A stretch of 64,000 nt of DNA from an uncultured Flavobacteriales bacterium (GCA_943788145.1 CALSPD010000007.1:30587-94586); one strand, 5' to 3'; positions 18,474-29,335 are shown, numbered from the stretch's first letter. Notes: generated from the sequence alone by a model not told the origin. Made by a program: numbers and translations.

Positions 18474-18679
18474 TGGTGAAAAACCGCTGGTTTTGCGGCA
18501 CGAGCTTATTTCACGCAGATCGTTGGGTTTGGGTTGGGTTTGATTGTTAAAAATCCAGTAAAAAAGTAAGTTATTCCAAGACCCGAGTTAGGTTTCGACA
18601 TGTATTGCGAATCTAGACCGAAGGGAAGTGGAGATAAAAAAACAGACTAAATGGAGCAATAACTCAACCGAGTCTCCGA

Positions 18680-20467
18680 CTAATCAAGCTTTAAAACGGC
18701 CATAAATGCCTCTTGCGGCACTTCAACGTTACCGATCTGGCGCATGCGTTTTTTACCCTTCTTCTGCTTTTCAAGCAATTTGCGCTTTCGACTGATGTCA
18801 CCACCATAACATTTGGCTGTCACATCCTTTCGCAGGGCTTTAACGGTTTCTCGAGCAATAATTTTCGCTCCAATAGCAGCCTGAATAGCTATTTCAAACT
18901 GCTGCCTTGGAATTAATTCTTTCAACTTCAAGCAAATCTTCTTACCCAAATTGAAGGCGTTGTCTTTGTGAATCAACGCTGAAAGCGCATCTACCGGATC
19001 ACCATTTAACATCAAATCGAGCTTCACCAAATTTGACGCTTGATAGCCAATCGGATGATAATCAAATGAAGCATAACCTCTAGAAATGGATTTCAATCGG
19101 TCGTAAAAATCAAAGACGATTTCGGCTAAGGGCATTTCGAAAGTCAACTCCACACGATCTGCGGTCAGATAAACTTGGTTTTTTAGGATGCCACGTTTTT
19201 CAATGCAAAGACCCATAATCGACCCAACATATGACGACTTTGATATGATTTGAGCATTGATAAATGGTTCTTCCACCTTCTCCAATTTAGCCGGATCTGG
19301 AAGGTCAGATGGATTGTTGACTACCTCCTTGGTGCCGCTGGTAGAATAGGCATAATAACTAACGTTTGGAACTGTGGTTATGACAGTCATGTTAAACTCT
19401 CGCTCCAATCGTTCCTGTACAATCTCCATATGTAACATGCCCAAGAATCCGCAACGAAATCCAAATCCAAGTGCTGCCGATGATTCAGGTTCAAACGTCA
19501 AGGACGCATCGTTCAATTGCAATTTTTCCATTGCATCTCGTAGCTCCTCGTATTCATCTGTATCAACGGGATAAATTCCAGCAAACACCATTGGTTTCAC
19601 CAACTCAAACCCTTCAATTCCCTTATCGCACGGATTGCTTTTGCTCGTGATCGTATCTCCAACTTTAATCTCTTTCGCCTGTTTCACTCCCGAAATGATG
19701 TAACCAACATTTCCCGCGCTAATCTGCTGACATTTCTCGGGTTTCATGCGCAGAATACCAATTTCATCGGCATGATACGATCGACCAGTATGAAAAAACT
19801 TAATCTCTTCACCTTGAGTCAACGTGCCGTTCATTATTCGGTAATAGGCAATTACGCCTCTGAAAGGATTGAAAACACTATCAAAAATCAAAGCCTGAAG
19901 TGGCGCCTTCGGATCACCTTTGGGAGCTGGGATTTTATGAATGATAGCCTCCAGTAACTCCGCTACACCTGCTCCTGTCTTTCCACTTGCCGCCATGATT
20001 TCATCGCGCGAACAACCTAAAAGATCCACCATTTCATCCTTCACTTCTTCGGGCATAGCCGTTGGAAGGTCCATTTTATTCAAAACCGGAATGATTTCAA
20101 GATCATGTTCCATAGCCAAATACAAGTTGGAAATGGTCTGGGCTTCTATTCCTTGACTTGCATCTACCAATAAAAGAGCGCCTTCACATGCTGCAATGGC
20201 TCTTGAAACCTCATAGGAGAAATCCACATGCCCCGGTGTGTCAATCAAGTTTAAGACGTAATCTTTCCCATCCAACGAATACTTCATTTGGATGGCATGG
20301 CTCTTAATGGTGATGCCGCGTTCGCGCTCCAAGTCCATGTCATCAAGGGTTTGCTCCTTAATGTCGCGGTCAGAAACGGTTCCCGTAGCTTGCAGCATTC
20401 TGTCAGCTAGGGTGCTTTTTCCGTGGTCAATATGTGCTATTATGCAAAAATTTCGAATGTGCTCCAT
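18680..20467 (-). CDS. lepA: Translation elongation factor 4 (LepA)
   Basis: [30 protein letters not shown] and NKMD GTPase motifs, plus the LepA C-terminal region. Confidence 0.97.
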   Translation of the reverse strand: MEHIRNFCIIAHIDHGKSTLADRMLQATGTVSDRDIKEQTLDDMDLERERGITIKSHAIQMKYSLDGKDYVLNLIDTPGHVDFSYEVSRAIAACEGALLLVDASQGIEAQTISNLYLAMEHDLEIIPVLNKMDLPTAMPEEVKDEMVDLLGCSRDEIMAASGKTGAGVAELLEAIIHKIPAPKGDPKAPLQALIFDSVFNPFRGVIAYYRIMNGTLTQGEEIKFFHTGRSYHADEIGILRMKPEKCQQISAGNVGYIISGVKQAKEIKVGDTITSKSNPCDKGIEGFELVKPMVFAGIYPVDTDEYEELRDAMEKLQLNDASLTFEPESSAALGFGFRCGFLGMLHMEIVQERLEREFNMTVITTVPNVSYYAYSTSGTKEVVNNPSDLPDPAKLEKVEEPFINAQIISKSSYVGSIMGLCIEKRGILKNQVYLTADRVELTFEMPLAEIVFDFYDRLKSISRGYASFDYHPIGYQASNLVKLDLMLNGDPVDALSALIHKDNAFNLGKKICLKLKELIPRQQFEIAIQAAIGAKIIARETVKALRKDVTAKCYGGDISRKRKLLEKQKKGKKRMRQIGNVEVPQEAFMAVLKLD

Positions 20468-20542
20468 GCACTAAAAAATTGGCGGCAAAGCTACATGAAT
20501 TTTAAGGCTAGAAAAGGTAAAGAACAGCTTTGTGTTTTTTCA

Positions 20543-20571
20543 TTTGATTCCAAGCCTCGACCTTACATTTG
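20543..20571 (+). promoter_or_regulatory. Candidate promoter of metF
   Basis: TTTG (20543-20546), then 17 nt, then TACATTTG (20564-20571), 11 nt before ATG20583. Confidence 0.35.
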
Positions 20572-20582
20572 CGACTCCGTTT

Positions 20583-21536
20583 ATGAAAGTAATTGACACA
20601 CTCAATAAGGCAAAGGATACGGTATTATCTTTTGAAATCCTCCCTCCACTTAAAGGGAAAGGTATCAACTCGTTATATCAAGGAATCGACCCCATTATGG
20701 AGTTCAATCCTCGATTTGTGAATGTGACCTACCATCGTGAGGAATACATCTATAAAAAGCGCGAAAAGGGCTATTTAGAAAAGGTGAGCATTCGAAAACG
20801 ACCCGGTACGGTTGGGATTTGTGCAGCTATCATGAATAAATATGATGTTGAAGCGGTGCCACATTTGATTTGCGGAGGTTTTTCGAAAGAAGAAACCGAG
20901 AACGCCTTGATTGACCTTAACTTCTTAGGCATTCAAAATGTGCTTGCGCTTCGAGGTGATGCCCGAAAGGCCGAAACGAGCTTCATGCCTGAAGATAACG
21001 GAAACAAATACGCGTCCGAATTGGTGCAACAAGTCGTCAATATGAATCAAGGCAAGTACCTGGAAGAAGAAATGAAGGACGCCAATAAAACCAACTTTTG
21101 CATTGGAGTTGCTGGTTACCCAGAAAAACATTTTGAGGCGATGAGCCTAAAGGCCGATTTAAAAAACCTGAAACGAAAAATTGAATTGGGTGCGGAATAC
21201 ATTGTGACACAAATGTTCTTTGACAACGCCAAGTATTTCGACTTTGTTGATCGCTGCCGAAAGCATGGGATTGATGTGCCAATTATCCCAGGAATAAAGC
21301 CAATAACATCTTTAAAGCAGATTCAGTTTATTCCGAAAACCTTCCACATCAGCTTTCCGGAAGATTTGTCGGATGCGCTTGAAGGTTGTAAAACAGATTT
21401 GGATGTTGCCAAAGTGGGAATCGAATGGGGAATCCAACAAAGTCAGGAATTGAAGGCTGAAGGCGTTCCTTGTCTACACTATTACACGATGGGCACATCA
21501 GAATCAGCGCGAAAAATCGCAGCCCACGTTTTTTAG
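20583..21536 (+). CDS. metF: Methylenetetrahydrofolate reductase
   Basis: MKVIDTLNKAKDTVLSFEILPPLKG... shows MetF-family pattern over the full length. The internal ATG20583 is preferred over the TTG-type start of ORF 20532 because the promoter box lies upstream of it. Confidence 0.9.
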   Translation: MKVIDTLNKAKDTVLSFEILPPLKGKGINSLYQGIDPIMEFNPRFVNVTYHREEYIYKKREKGYLEKVSIRKRPGTVGICAAIMNKYDVEAVPHLICGGFSKEETENALIDLNFLGIQNVLALRGDARKAETSFMPEDNGNKYASELVQQVVNMNQGKYLEEEMKDANKTNFCIGVAGYPEKHFEAMSLKADLKNLKRKIELGAEYIVTQMFFDNAKYFDFVDRCRKHGIDVPIIPGIKPITSLKQIQFIPKTFHISFPEDLSDALEGCKTDLDVAKVGIEWGIQQSQELKAEGVPCLHYYTMGTSESARKIAAHVF

Positions 21537-22129
21537 CTCTCCTCTCTCGCTGCTATGGTCGCTTGGATGTATTTTCCAAGAATGTCAAACTCAATATTCA
21601 CAAAATCGCCTGCCGTAAGTTGATTAAAACAGGTGTGTTCAAACGTGTAGGGAATAATGGAAACCGAGAAGTTCTTGCCCTCCGTGTGCACGACCGTCAA
21701 GCTAACTCCATTGATGCAAATACTTCCTTTTGGAACGATTAAACCCTTTGGATTCGAAGCGAGTTCAAAACTAAAATTCCACGATCCACCGCGTTCCTCT
21801 CTCTTTGTAACCTTGGCAGTTGTGTCCACATGACCTTGAACAATGTGTCCATCAAACCGACCATCCGCCTTCATGCATCGCTCCAAATTCACTTGGCTAT
21901 CAATGCATAAATCGCCTAAGTTGGTACGATTCAACGACTCTTCTATGGCTGTGACTCGGTATTGTTGCCCGCTGATTTCAACTACTGTTAAGCACACACC
22001 ATTGTGCGCAACACTTTGATCGATTTTAAGTTCTGGAGTTAGCGTTGACTCAATCCAGAAATGGCGATTTGTCCCTTCCTCTTCGATGCGCTTAACTTCA
22101 CCAAGAGACTCCACTATACCTGTAAACAT
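21533..22129 (-). CDS. ribE: Riboflavin synthase (alpha chain)
   Basis: MFTGIVESLGEV start, with a duplicated lumazine-binding half-domain (..GHVD..). Confidence 0.93.
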   Translation of the reverse strand: MFTGIVESLGEVKRIEEEGTNRHFWIESTLTPELKIDQSVAHNGVCLTVVEISGQQYRVTAIEESLNRTNLGDLCIDSQVNLERCMKADGRFDGHIVQGHVDTTAKVTKREERGGSWNFSFELASNPKGLIVPKGSICINGVSLTVVHTEGKNFSVSIIPYTFEHTCFNQLTAGDFVNIEFDILGKYIQATIAAREES

Positions 22130-24847
22130 TTATTTTGCTATTTGCTTGTCGCGTTCGCGAATGATGGTAAACGAGCCACGAATTTCCCGAGCAACAATGC
22201 CCACCAATCGGATTTCATTTACTGTGCAAACGTAAAAATATGTACCGTCTGGAACGGGGTTACCACCGCGCATATCTGTACCATCCCAATTAATGTCAGG
22301 GTCGGTGGATTCAAAAAGCACATTACCCCACCGATTGTAAATCGTAATGTTTATGCTTTCAATAAACTTATATGGGAAAGGAATGAAGTAATCGTTAGTC
22401 CCATCATTTCCTGGGGTAAACACATTAGGAAGCTCATAAATCGGGCAATTATCTATGCAGAGAGCTTCTCCTGTTTCACTCTCATTATCGAAGCTATCAA
22501 TAGCCGTAACAAAATAACATCCCGCTATCGACTCTAGGTTGCTCGCGACATAGATGGTATCATCTGCCGATGCGTTAACCTGAACCAACTCGGTAGTCTG
22601 ACCCAATTGAGGTGCATAATATATATGGTATCCCAACACGTCATCCACTCCCTCACAAAAATTGTTCGGGTTGTTCCATCGTATGGTGGTTTGATCAAGG
22701 TTGCAATCGCCTTCAATTAAGCGGTTTGGTGGCGTGCAAGGCGCTTGAAGATCCTTTGGAATTCCAGTATGAATCTGACTGAAATTGACAAGCGTATCTC
22801 TCAAGTCCTCAGCGGAATAACTTCCGATCGACTTTACAAAATATCGATACTCTTTTAGATTAACCAACCCTTCATCCACGTACGTAGTTTCCGAGGTTCG
22901 CGCTAATTCATAATAGACATCTAACGAATCGGTATCTGTTTTGAATTTATAAATTACATACTCCGTATTTGACCAAGGAACATTTACATTCCAATTCAAA
23001 GTCAGTGTGTTATCAGACGGTGCTGATTCTAAGTAAATGGTTGCAGCATTGCGAGATTTTCCAACCGACTCTTTATTTGGACCAGCCAATAATTCGATGC
23101 TGTAGAAATATTGAAGTTCCTCTGTATTCAAATCATTCACCACTACCTGTGTATCAAGGCTCAAGAAATCATTCGATTCAGGGCCATTGTAGATTATTTC
23201 AAACGGCCCTGCACCATTTGTTGCACGCGAAAGTTGGTAGCTGTATGGCGGAGCGAACGTATTTGTTTTAAGCTCGATGGGCTTATACCAGGCTATCGAA
23301 TCTACCCCAACTGAAAGATCAGTTGCTCCAACGCTAGCCTTGTTTAGAATCGGCACATCGCGGATAAGTTCTCCGCAGGCTTCAAGGCTCGCATAACTTT
23401 CCGAACGATCTGGATAAGTAGCCACGATCATATAACAATACCGCTGTCCGTGAATCAATCCATTCCCGTTGCTATCATCCGTAAAACTTGTGTTATCAAT
23501 TCCGTTGTTTCGCCCAATCTTAATGTAACCTAAGGATTCAGGTACACCCGTGTTGCAATTACTTGCCACATAACCTAGGCTGTCATTGTAGCGATAAATG
23601 TCATATCCATCTGCCCCCTCGCAAGGAGCTATGGTCCAATTTAGAATAAGGGAAGCACCGGCTGGGGTTACACTTAAAATATCAACCGGAGGTGCAACAA
23701 CTTGAATCTCCAATTCCTCGAAATCAACCAATTCTTCCTCACTCGATCCAAGGTTTTCTTTTGCCTTAAAGTAAACCCAATAAGATTCGTATTGAACGTG
23801 GCTGCAGTTTGTGTTCCATATGAACTCCATACTCACTGGCGACTCACCTGCAGTGATGCCGTCTGGATCAAGCGAGCCACCTTGGTCTGGTTCTAAGGGA
23901 TATCCCGTTGCGCTAAAGTCTATGTTATCCTGATCTTGGTCTGATGCAATCGCTAACACACGAAGCACTTTCCCAGCCTGCACACATTGTTTCTGCATGT
24001 CATTGATAACTGGTGGAGATTTGTCTTCACAGGTATTGATATTGATCTGCATGTCGCGCAGGGTCGATCCGACAAAGGCCATATCGCCACTGTTTTCGTT
24101 ATAACGCCACTCTTCAATTCGGATGGCAACGTTGTATTCTCCTTGTTCTCGAGGTGCATCCCAGCTTAAGGTGCCCGTGCGATTGTTAATGGTCAATGTG
24201 CTTGGCACTATGCTCACTTGATTTGGAAAAACATACCCCGGAATAGTAGCGCCATTTTGAGTTTTAGAGGCGACAAGGCTATATACCAAACTATCGCCAT
24301 CGGGATCAACCGCCCCCGGATTGTGTAAGAAGACTTGATTAACGCATCCATTATCAATCGGTGGATTTTGAAGACGAGGCGCAGAATTTCCACCTGAATT
24401 GAGATCAATCACAATTTCACTTTCAATGTAGAACCACACATTGTCTGAGTTTGGAATATTCTTCACGCCAGCATTTCTGTTTTGATCTTGCATGAACACA
24501 GTGTATTTACCCGCTCCGGGGTAAATATGCGTGGTTATGTAGGTGTTTTTCTTTGTGTTTCCGCCAAGGTCTTGACCTAGGTGATTGCAATTTGTTCCGG
24601 ACGGACCATTGTTTCTATAAACGGTATCACTCTGTCCGTCTCCATAATTTAACACCAAAAAACATCGGTCGGCATCATCACTCTGACCGCCAGTCTTAGT
24701 GTAGGTGATAATGGTGATTTGATATTTAAACGGATTAGAATCAACCCGCTGATATACAATCTCCCCAGCTCTGTTGTGAGAGGCGAAAATCACTCCATTA
24801 AGTGTTAACCCAAATAGAAAAAGGAAGATATACTTTAGACCTTTCAT
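22130..24847 (-). CDS. T9SS type-B CTD surface protein (905 aa)
   Basis: Start taken at MKGLKYIFLFLFGLTLNGVIFA (signal peptide). N-terminal HNRAGEIVYQ module, DPDGDSLVYSL motif, and C-terminus VFTPGNDGTNDYF...IYNRWGNVLF...WDG...DGTYFYV. Confidence 0.85.
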   Translation of the reverse strand: MKGLKYIFLFLFGLTLNGVIFASHNRAGEIVYQRVDSNPFKYQITIITYTKTGGQSDDADRCFLVLNYGDGQSDTVYRNNGPSGTNCNHLGQDLGGNTKKNTYITTHIYPGAGKYTVFMQDQNRNAGVKNIPNSDNVWFYIESEIVIDLNSGGNSAPRLQNPPIDNGCVNQVFLHNPGAVDPDGDSLVYSLVASKTQNGATIPGYVFPNQVSIVPSTLTINNRTGTLSWDAPREQGEYNVAIRIEEWRYNENSGDMAFVGSTLRDMQININTCEDKSPPVINDMQKQCVQAGKVLRVLAIASDQDQDNIDFSATGYPLEPDQGGSLDPDGITAGESPVSMEFIWNTNCSHVQYESYWVYFKAKENLGSSEEELVDFEELEIQVVAPPVDILSVTPAGASLILNWTIAPCEGADGYDIYRYNDSLGYVASNCNTGVPESLGYIKIGRNNGIDNTSFTDDSNGNGLIHGQRYCYMIVATYPDRSESYASLEACGELIRDVPILNKASVGATDLSVGVDSIAWYKPIELKTNTFAPPYSYQLSRATNGAGPFEIIYNGPESNDFLSLDTQVVVNDLNTEELQYFYSIELLAGPNKESVGKSRNAATIYLESAPSDNTLTLNWNVNVPWSNTEYVIYKFKTDTDSLDVYYELARTSETTYVDEGLVNLKEYRYFVKSIGSYSAEDLRDTLVNFSQIHTGIPKDLQAPCTPPNRLIEGDCNLDQTTIRWNNPNNFCEGVDDVLGYHIYYAPQLGQTTELVQVNASADDTIYVASNLESIAGCYFVTAIDSFDNESETGEALCIDNCPIYELPNVFTPGNDGTNDYFIPFPYKFIESINITIYNRWGNVLFESTDPDINWDGTDMRGGNPVPDGTYFYVCTVNEIRLVGIVAREIRGSFTIIRERDKQIAK

Positions 24848-24981
24848 TGATAAATTAAGACGCAAGAAGTTCAATTTCGTTGATCGACCAATCCTTACTT
24901 TTGCTGCTTCATTTTCAAAGTAAGACAAATTTCAACACACAAATGTTGATATAACGCGTAAATGGCGTAATAATTTAACGA

Positions 24982-26034
24982 ATGGGAAAGCACAAAAAGC
25001 TGCGTGTAGCGATTTCAAGTGGAGACATTAACGGCATTGGACTCGAAGTGGTACTTAAAACCTTGAGCGATGCTCGAGTTTATGAGCATTGTGTACCAGT
25101 GATTTACGCCTCATCCAGCACCGTGAACTTTCATATGAAAACGTTAAGCTTGGAAGGCCTTCATTATCACCAATGTAACGATGCCGAGCATATCGATTTT
25201 AACAAAATTAATGTGCTCGATATTTGGAAAGAAAAGGCCTTTGTCGAATTTGGAAAAGTCACGACAGAAGCGGGTGGGTTTGCATTTGCTTCCTTAAAAG
25301 CAGCCGTTGAGGACCTCGCGTCCAACAAAATGGATGTACTCGTTACCGCTCCCATTAATAAGGCCAATATTCAATCAGATGAGTTCAACTTTCCTGGGCA
25401 TACCGAGTACTTAGCTTCTTATGCGAACGAAGAAAACCCCTTAATGATTTTAGCGCACGACAATCTTCGAGTAGCCTTGGTTAGCGGTCATTTAGCACTA
25501 AAAGATGTGGCATCTTCCCTTTCGAAATCAAAGATTATAACGAAACTTGAGGTTTTCGCCCGTTCCTTAAGTCAAGATTTTGGCATTTCGCGACCTCGAA
25601 TTGCCGTTCTTGGACTGAATCCACACAATGGAGATAATGGCCTAATGGGCGATGAAGAAACATCCATTATTAGACCTGCTATCGAAGAGGCGAATAGAAA
25701 TGGCATTCTGGCATTTGGACCTTTTCCGGCAGATGGTTTCTTTGGATCAAATGCACGGTCAAAATTTGATGGAGTGCTTGCAATGTATCATGATCAAGGT
25801 TTAGCCCCATTCAAAGCGCTATCGTTTGATGGAGGAGTGAACTTTACGGCTGGCTTACCTATAGTTCGCACTTCGCCCGATCATGGAACAGCTTATGACA
25901 TAGCAGGAAAAGGAGAAGCAGACCCAACATCATTCAGAAACGCATTGTTTATGGCTTGTGATATTTATAAGCAACGCAAGGAACACCGAGAGCTTGTGGC
26001 GAACGCCTTAGAGTTCACAAATGAGAAAGGTTAA
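24982..26034 (+). CDS. pdxA: 4-hydroxythreonine-4-phosphate dehydrogenase
   Basis: SSGDINGIGLEV, GHTEYLA and TSPDHGTAYDIAGKG motifs. Confidence 0.93.
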   Translation: MGKHKKLRVAISSGDINGIGLEVVLKTLSDARVYEHCVPVIYASSSTVNFHMKTLSLEGLHYHQCNDAEHIDFNKINVLDIWKEKAFVEFGKVTTEAGGFAFASLKAAVEDLASNKMDVLVTAPINKANIQSDEFNFPGHTEYLASYANEENPLMILAHDNLRVALVSGHLALKDVASSLSKSKIITKLEVFARSLSQDFGISRPRIAVLGLNPHNGDNGLMGDEETSIIRPAIEEANRNGILAFGPFPADGFFGSNARSKFDGVLAMYHDQGLAPFKALSFDGGVNFTAGLPIVRTSPDHGTAYDIAGKGEADPTSFRNALFMACDIYKQRKEHRELVANALEFTNEKG

Positions 26035-26064
26035 TAATACTGTGAAAAGTGTGATTCGATTATT

Positions 26065-26072
26065 TACATTTG
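26065..26072 (+). promoter_or_regulatory. Candidate -7 box (TACATTTG) for the yceD-rpmF-plsX-fabH operon
   Basis: Exact TAnnTTTG match 22 nt upstream of the TTG start at 26095. Confidence 0.3.
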
Positions 26073-26094
26073 CAACCCTTTTTGAATCAGCTCT

Positions 26095-26613
26095 TTGAAA
26101 CCAATATCGAAATATGAAATTCAGTTTAGTGGGTTACCACTGGGCATTCACGATTTTGAATGGGATCTAGAGTCGGTGTTCTTTGATGAGAGAGAAAGCG
26201 TTGAAATTGAAGGTGCGCGGTTAAAAGCCGTGGTTACATTAACAAAGGAAACGCGTGTAATGATCTTGCAGTTTATCATTACGGGCGAATTGAAAACCAT
26301 TTGTGACCATTGTGGTGACGAATTATGGATAGATATTCAAACCGAAAATGAACTACATGTTAGGTTTAGCGATGAAACCGATTTATCGGGAGATGAGGTT
26401 ATTTACCTCGGTACTCATGAGTATAAAATTGACATAAGTCAATATTTATACGAGTTTGCATTTTTAGGCCTGCCCGTTAAAAAGCTGCATCAACCAGGGG
26501 AATGTAATCCTGAGGTTGAGCGTTATTTCGAACTCGAAGAAGGCGACAAAAAGAAAGAAAAAGAAAAAGACCCACGCTGGGAAGCATTAGAAAAATTGAA
26601 AAATAAAGTTTAG
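26095..26613 (+). CDS. yceD: YceD/DUF177-family protein
   Basis: Conserved position immediately upstream of rpmF. Carries the CDHCGDE metal-binding-like motif and an acidic/basic tail. TTG start. Confidence 0.85.
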   Translation: MKPISKYEIQFSGLPLGIHDFEWDLESVFFDERESVEIEGARLKAVVTLTKETRVMILQFIITGELKTICDHCGDELWIDIQTENELHVRFSDETDLSGDEVIYLGTHEYKIDISQYLYEFAFLGLPVKKLHQPGECNPEVERYFELEEGDKKKEKEKDPRWEALEKLKNKV

Positions 26614-26616
26614 TCC

Positions 26617-26808
26617 ATGGCACATCCTAAACGTAAGATATCCAAAACCAGGAGAGACAAACGTAGAACGCATTACAAGGCAGAAATGCCAACTATTGCT
26701 ACTTGTCCAACAACTGGCCAACCTCATTTATTTCATCGCGCTCATTGGTATGAGGGTAAGCTATACTATAAAGGTAGAGTAGTGATGGAGAAAGAATCAA
26801 TGGCCTAA
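26617..26808 (+). CDS. rpmF: 50S ribosomal protein L32
   Basis: [21 protein letters not shown]. Confidence 0.95.
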   Translation: MAHPKRKISKTRRDKRRTHYKAEMPTIATCPTTGQPHLFHRAHWYEGKLYYKGRVVMEKESMA

Positions 26809-26816
26809 TCCGCAGC

Positions 26817-27761
26817 ATGGCCATGACAGTAGGCCTTGATGTATCCGGTGGAGATTTCGCTCCAGAAGCTAATGTCTTAGGGGCTATCCTAGCCCAGAAG
26901 GAATTGGGTGACCGGGCTAAAATATGTCTCATCGGCCGAGAACCTGATATTATATCCATACTCGATCGGGAGAATATTTCGCGTGATTTATTCGACATTG
27001 TCCATACGGATGAAGCGATCGAAATGGGCGAACATCCAACTAAGGCTTTCCTAAAAAAACCAAACTCAAGCGTAGGCATTGGCTTTAAGATGCTTGTTGA
27101 AGGCAGTTTGAATGCATTTGCAAGTACTGGTAATAGTGGCGCCATGCTCGTTGGAGCTATGTACACCATAAGAACCATTCCAGGTGTTATCCGACCATGC
27201 ATTACTTCTGCACTTCCTGTATTAAACGGAGGCGTAAGTATCATCCTTGATGTCGGAATAAATGCTGATTGCAAACCCGATGTGCTCTATCAGTTTGGAG
27301 TTTTAGGTAGCATTATGGCTGAGCAGATTTATAATATCGAGAATCCGAAAGTTGGCCTTCTCAATATTGGTGAAGAAGATGAAAAAGGCAATTTGCTCAC
27401 TCAATCGGCTCACCAAGCAATGAAGGACTCGAAAGATTTCAATTTCATTGGAAATATTGAAGGCAGAGATCTTTTCAACGGCAAAGCCGATGTTATTGTA
27501 TGTGATGGTTTCACAGGCAATATCGTTCTTAAGCAAGCTGAAGCACTCTATACATTAATGCGCAAACGAAACATCGAAGACGATTACTTTGATCGATTCA
27601 ATTATGAAATTTATGGAGGCACTCCTGTGCTTGGTGTAAATGGAAATGTTATAATTGGACACGGTATTTCAAATGAGAACGCGATTAAGAACATGATTTT
27701 GCTTTCCGTAGATACGGCTGAAGCAAAGCTTGCTGATCGCATTCGAAAAGTGTTTAAATAA
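26817..27761 (+). CDS. plsX: Phosphate acyltransferase PlsX
   Basis: GLDVSGGDFAP start and CDGFTGNIVLK motif. Confidence 0.93.
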   Translation: MAMTVGLDVSGGDFAPEANVLGAILAQKELGDRAKICLIGREPDIISILDRENISRDLFDIVHTDEAIEMGEHPTKAFLKKPNSSVGIGFKMLVEGSLNAFASTGNSGAMLVGAMYTIRTIPGVIRPCITSALPVLNGGVSIILDVGINADCKPDVLYQFGVLGSIMAEQIYNIENPKVGLLNIGEEDEKGNLLTQSAHQAMKDSKDFNFIGNIEGRDLFNGKADVIVCDGFTGNIVLKQAEALYTLMRKRNIEDDYFDRFNYEIYGGTPVLGVNGNVIIGHGISNENAIKNMILLSVDTAEAKLADRIRKVFK

Positions 27762-27764
27762 TCT

Positions 27765-28763
27765 ATGACTAAGATTAACGCAGCCATAACAGCTGTTGCC
27801 CATCATGTTCCTGAGTATGTGTTAACCAACGCAGAACTGGAAAAATTGGTAGATACAACGGACGAATGGATCACCTCCCGAACTGGAATTAAGGAACGGA
27901 GAATTCTTAAAGGAGAAGGAAAAGGCGTAACTGAAATGGCGAAGGAAGCCATTGAAAAGCTTCTCAAAAAAAGAGGCATTGGACCAGAAGAAATTGATTT
28001 GGTCATCTTTTGTTCCGTCACCCCTGACAAAATATTTCCAGCTTCTGCTAATATAGTGAGCGCAAAAGTTGGGATGTCCAATGCTTTTGGATTCGATTTA
28101 AACGCAGCTTGCTCAGGTTTCATGTACGGATTGGTAACTGCCTCAAAGTTTATTGAGAGTGGAACGCATAAAAAAGTAATCGTTGTAGGGGCAGATAAGA
28201 TGTCAACAATTATTGATTACACCGACAGGCAAACGTGCATCATCTTTGGTGATGGTGCAGGTGTGGTTCTTCTAGAGCCAAATAACGATGGTCTGGGCAT
28301 TCAAGATTCCATTTTGAAAAGCGATGGTACTGGAGAGCCTTTTTTACATCAAGTTGCTGGTGGTTCTGAATATCCTCCAACAGAAAAAACCGTTGCTGAA
28401 AAGCAGCATTACGTCCACCAGGAGGGAAAAACAGTGTTCAAATTTGCTGTATCTAATATGGCTGATGTGAGCTACGAAATCATGCAAAGGAATAAGCTTA
28501 CAGCTGATGACGTTTCATGGCTCGTGCCTCATCAAGCCAATTTGCGCATTATTGATGCCACTGCCAACCGAATGGGTCTTAACAAAGACAAGGTTATGGT
28601 GAATATTCACAAATACGGCAATACTACCAACGGAACCATTCCCATCTGTTTATCAGAATGGGAGTCTCAAATGAATAAAGGAGATAACATCATTCTGTCC
28701 GCGTTTGGTGGAGGTTTTACTTGGGGCGCTGTTTACATCAAGTGGGCCTACAATACGATTTAA
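27765..28763 (+). CDS. fabH: 3-oxoacyl-ACP synthase III
   Basis: AACSGF active-site Cys, HQAN and GNT motifs. Confidence 0.93.
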   Translation: MTKINAAITAVAHHVPEYVLTNAELEKLVDTTDEWITSRTGIKERRILKGEGKGVTEMAKEAIEKLLKKRGIGPEEIDLVIFCSVTPDKIFPASANIVSAKVGMSNAFGFDLNAACSGFMYGLVTASKFIESGTHKKVIVVGADKMSTIIDYTDRQTCIIFGDGAGVVLLEPNNDGLGIQDSILKSDGTGEPFLHQVAGGSEYPPTEKTVAEKQHYVHQEGKTVFKFAVSNMADVSYEIMQRNKLTADDVSWLVPHQANLRIIDATANRMGLNKDKVMVNIHKYGNTTNGTIPICLSEWESQMNKGDNIILSAFGGGFTWGAVYIKWAYNTI

Positions 28764-28816
28764 TAATTGAAAATTAACTGCTAAGACATACTTTAGCCTA
28801 CCCTAAAAGAAAGAAT

Positions 28817-29308
28817 ATGGACTTAAGTGAAATACAAGCTCTAATAAAATTCGTGTCCAAGTCAGGAGTGAATGAAGTTGAATTGGAAACAAAAGATTTC
28901 AAAATCAATATTAAGGCTGGTTCGAGTACCCCGGAGATTCAGCAAGTAATGACCATTCCTGCAAATTACGGACAACCTGCAATGCCTGCTGCGCCCGCTC
29001 CCGTAGCGGCTCCTGCACCAGCAGCTCCTGCAGCGCCAGCTGCCAGTGAACCCGCGGAAAACAGTAAATACATCACGATAAAATCGCCCATGATCGGAAC
29101 GTTTTATCGATCTGCTAATCCAGAATCCCCTTCATTTGTAAGTGTTGGAGACGAAATTCAAGAAGGCAAAGTAATTTGCATCATTGAAGCAATGAAATTG
29201 TTCAATGAGATTGAATCCGAGGTTTCAGGCAAGATCATTAAATTCCTCGTTGATGATGCGTCACCAGTTGAGTATGATCAACCACTCTTTTTAGTTGACC
29301 CTTCTTAA
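28817..29308 (+). CDS. accB: Acetyl-CoA carboxylase biotin carboxyl carrier protein
   Basis: Ala/Pro-rich linker and the biotinyl-lysine motif EAMKLFNEIE. Confidence 0.93.
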   Translation: MDLSEIQALIKFVSKSGVNEVELETKDFKINIKAGSSTPEIQQVMTIPANYGQPAMPAAPAPVAAPAPAAPAAPAASEPAENSKYITIKSPMIGTFYRSANPESPSFVSVGDEIQEGKVICIIEAMKLFNEIESEVSGKIIKFLVDDASPVEYDQPLFLVDPS

Positions 29309-29335
29309 GAATATTCCCTCCAAAACCATTATCTC

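Noticed and set aside
18461-18541. Invertible promoter (inverton) upstream of the adhesin gene
   Set aside because: The inverted repeats are only 8 bp (AAACCCAA / TTGGGTTT). They flank only about 55 nt, which does not contain a complete promoter, and no recombinase gene is nearby.
22061-22537. 158-aa plus-strand ORF spanning the ribE / T9SS-gene junction
   Set aside because: It is antisense to two well-supported genes and has no motif content.
26699-27274. 191-aa ORF on the minus strand
   Set aside because: It is entirely antisense to the rpmF end and plsX, whose identities are unambiguous. Its translation has no recognisable features.
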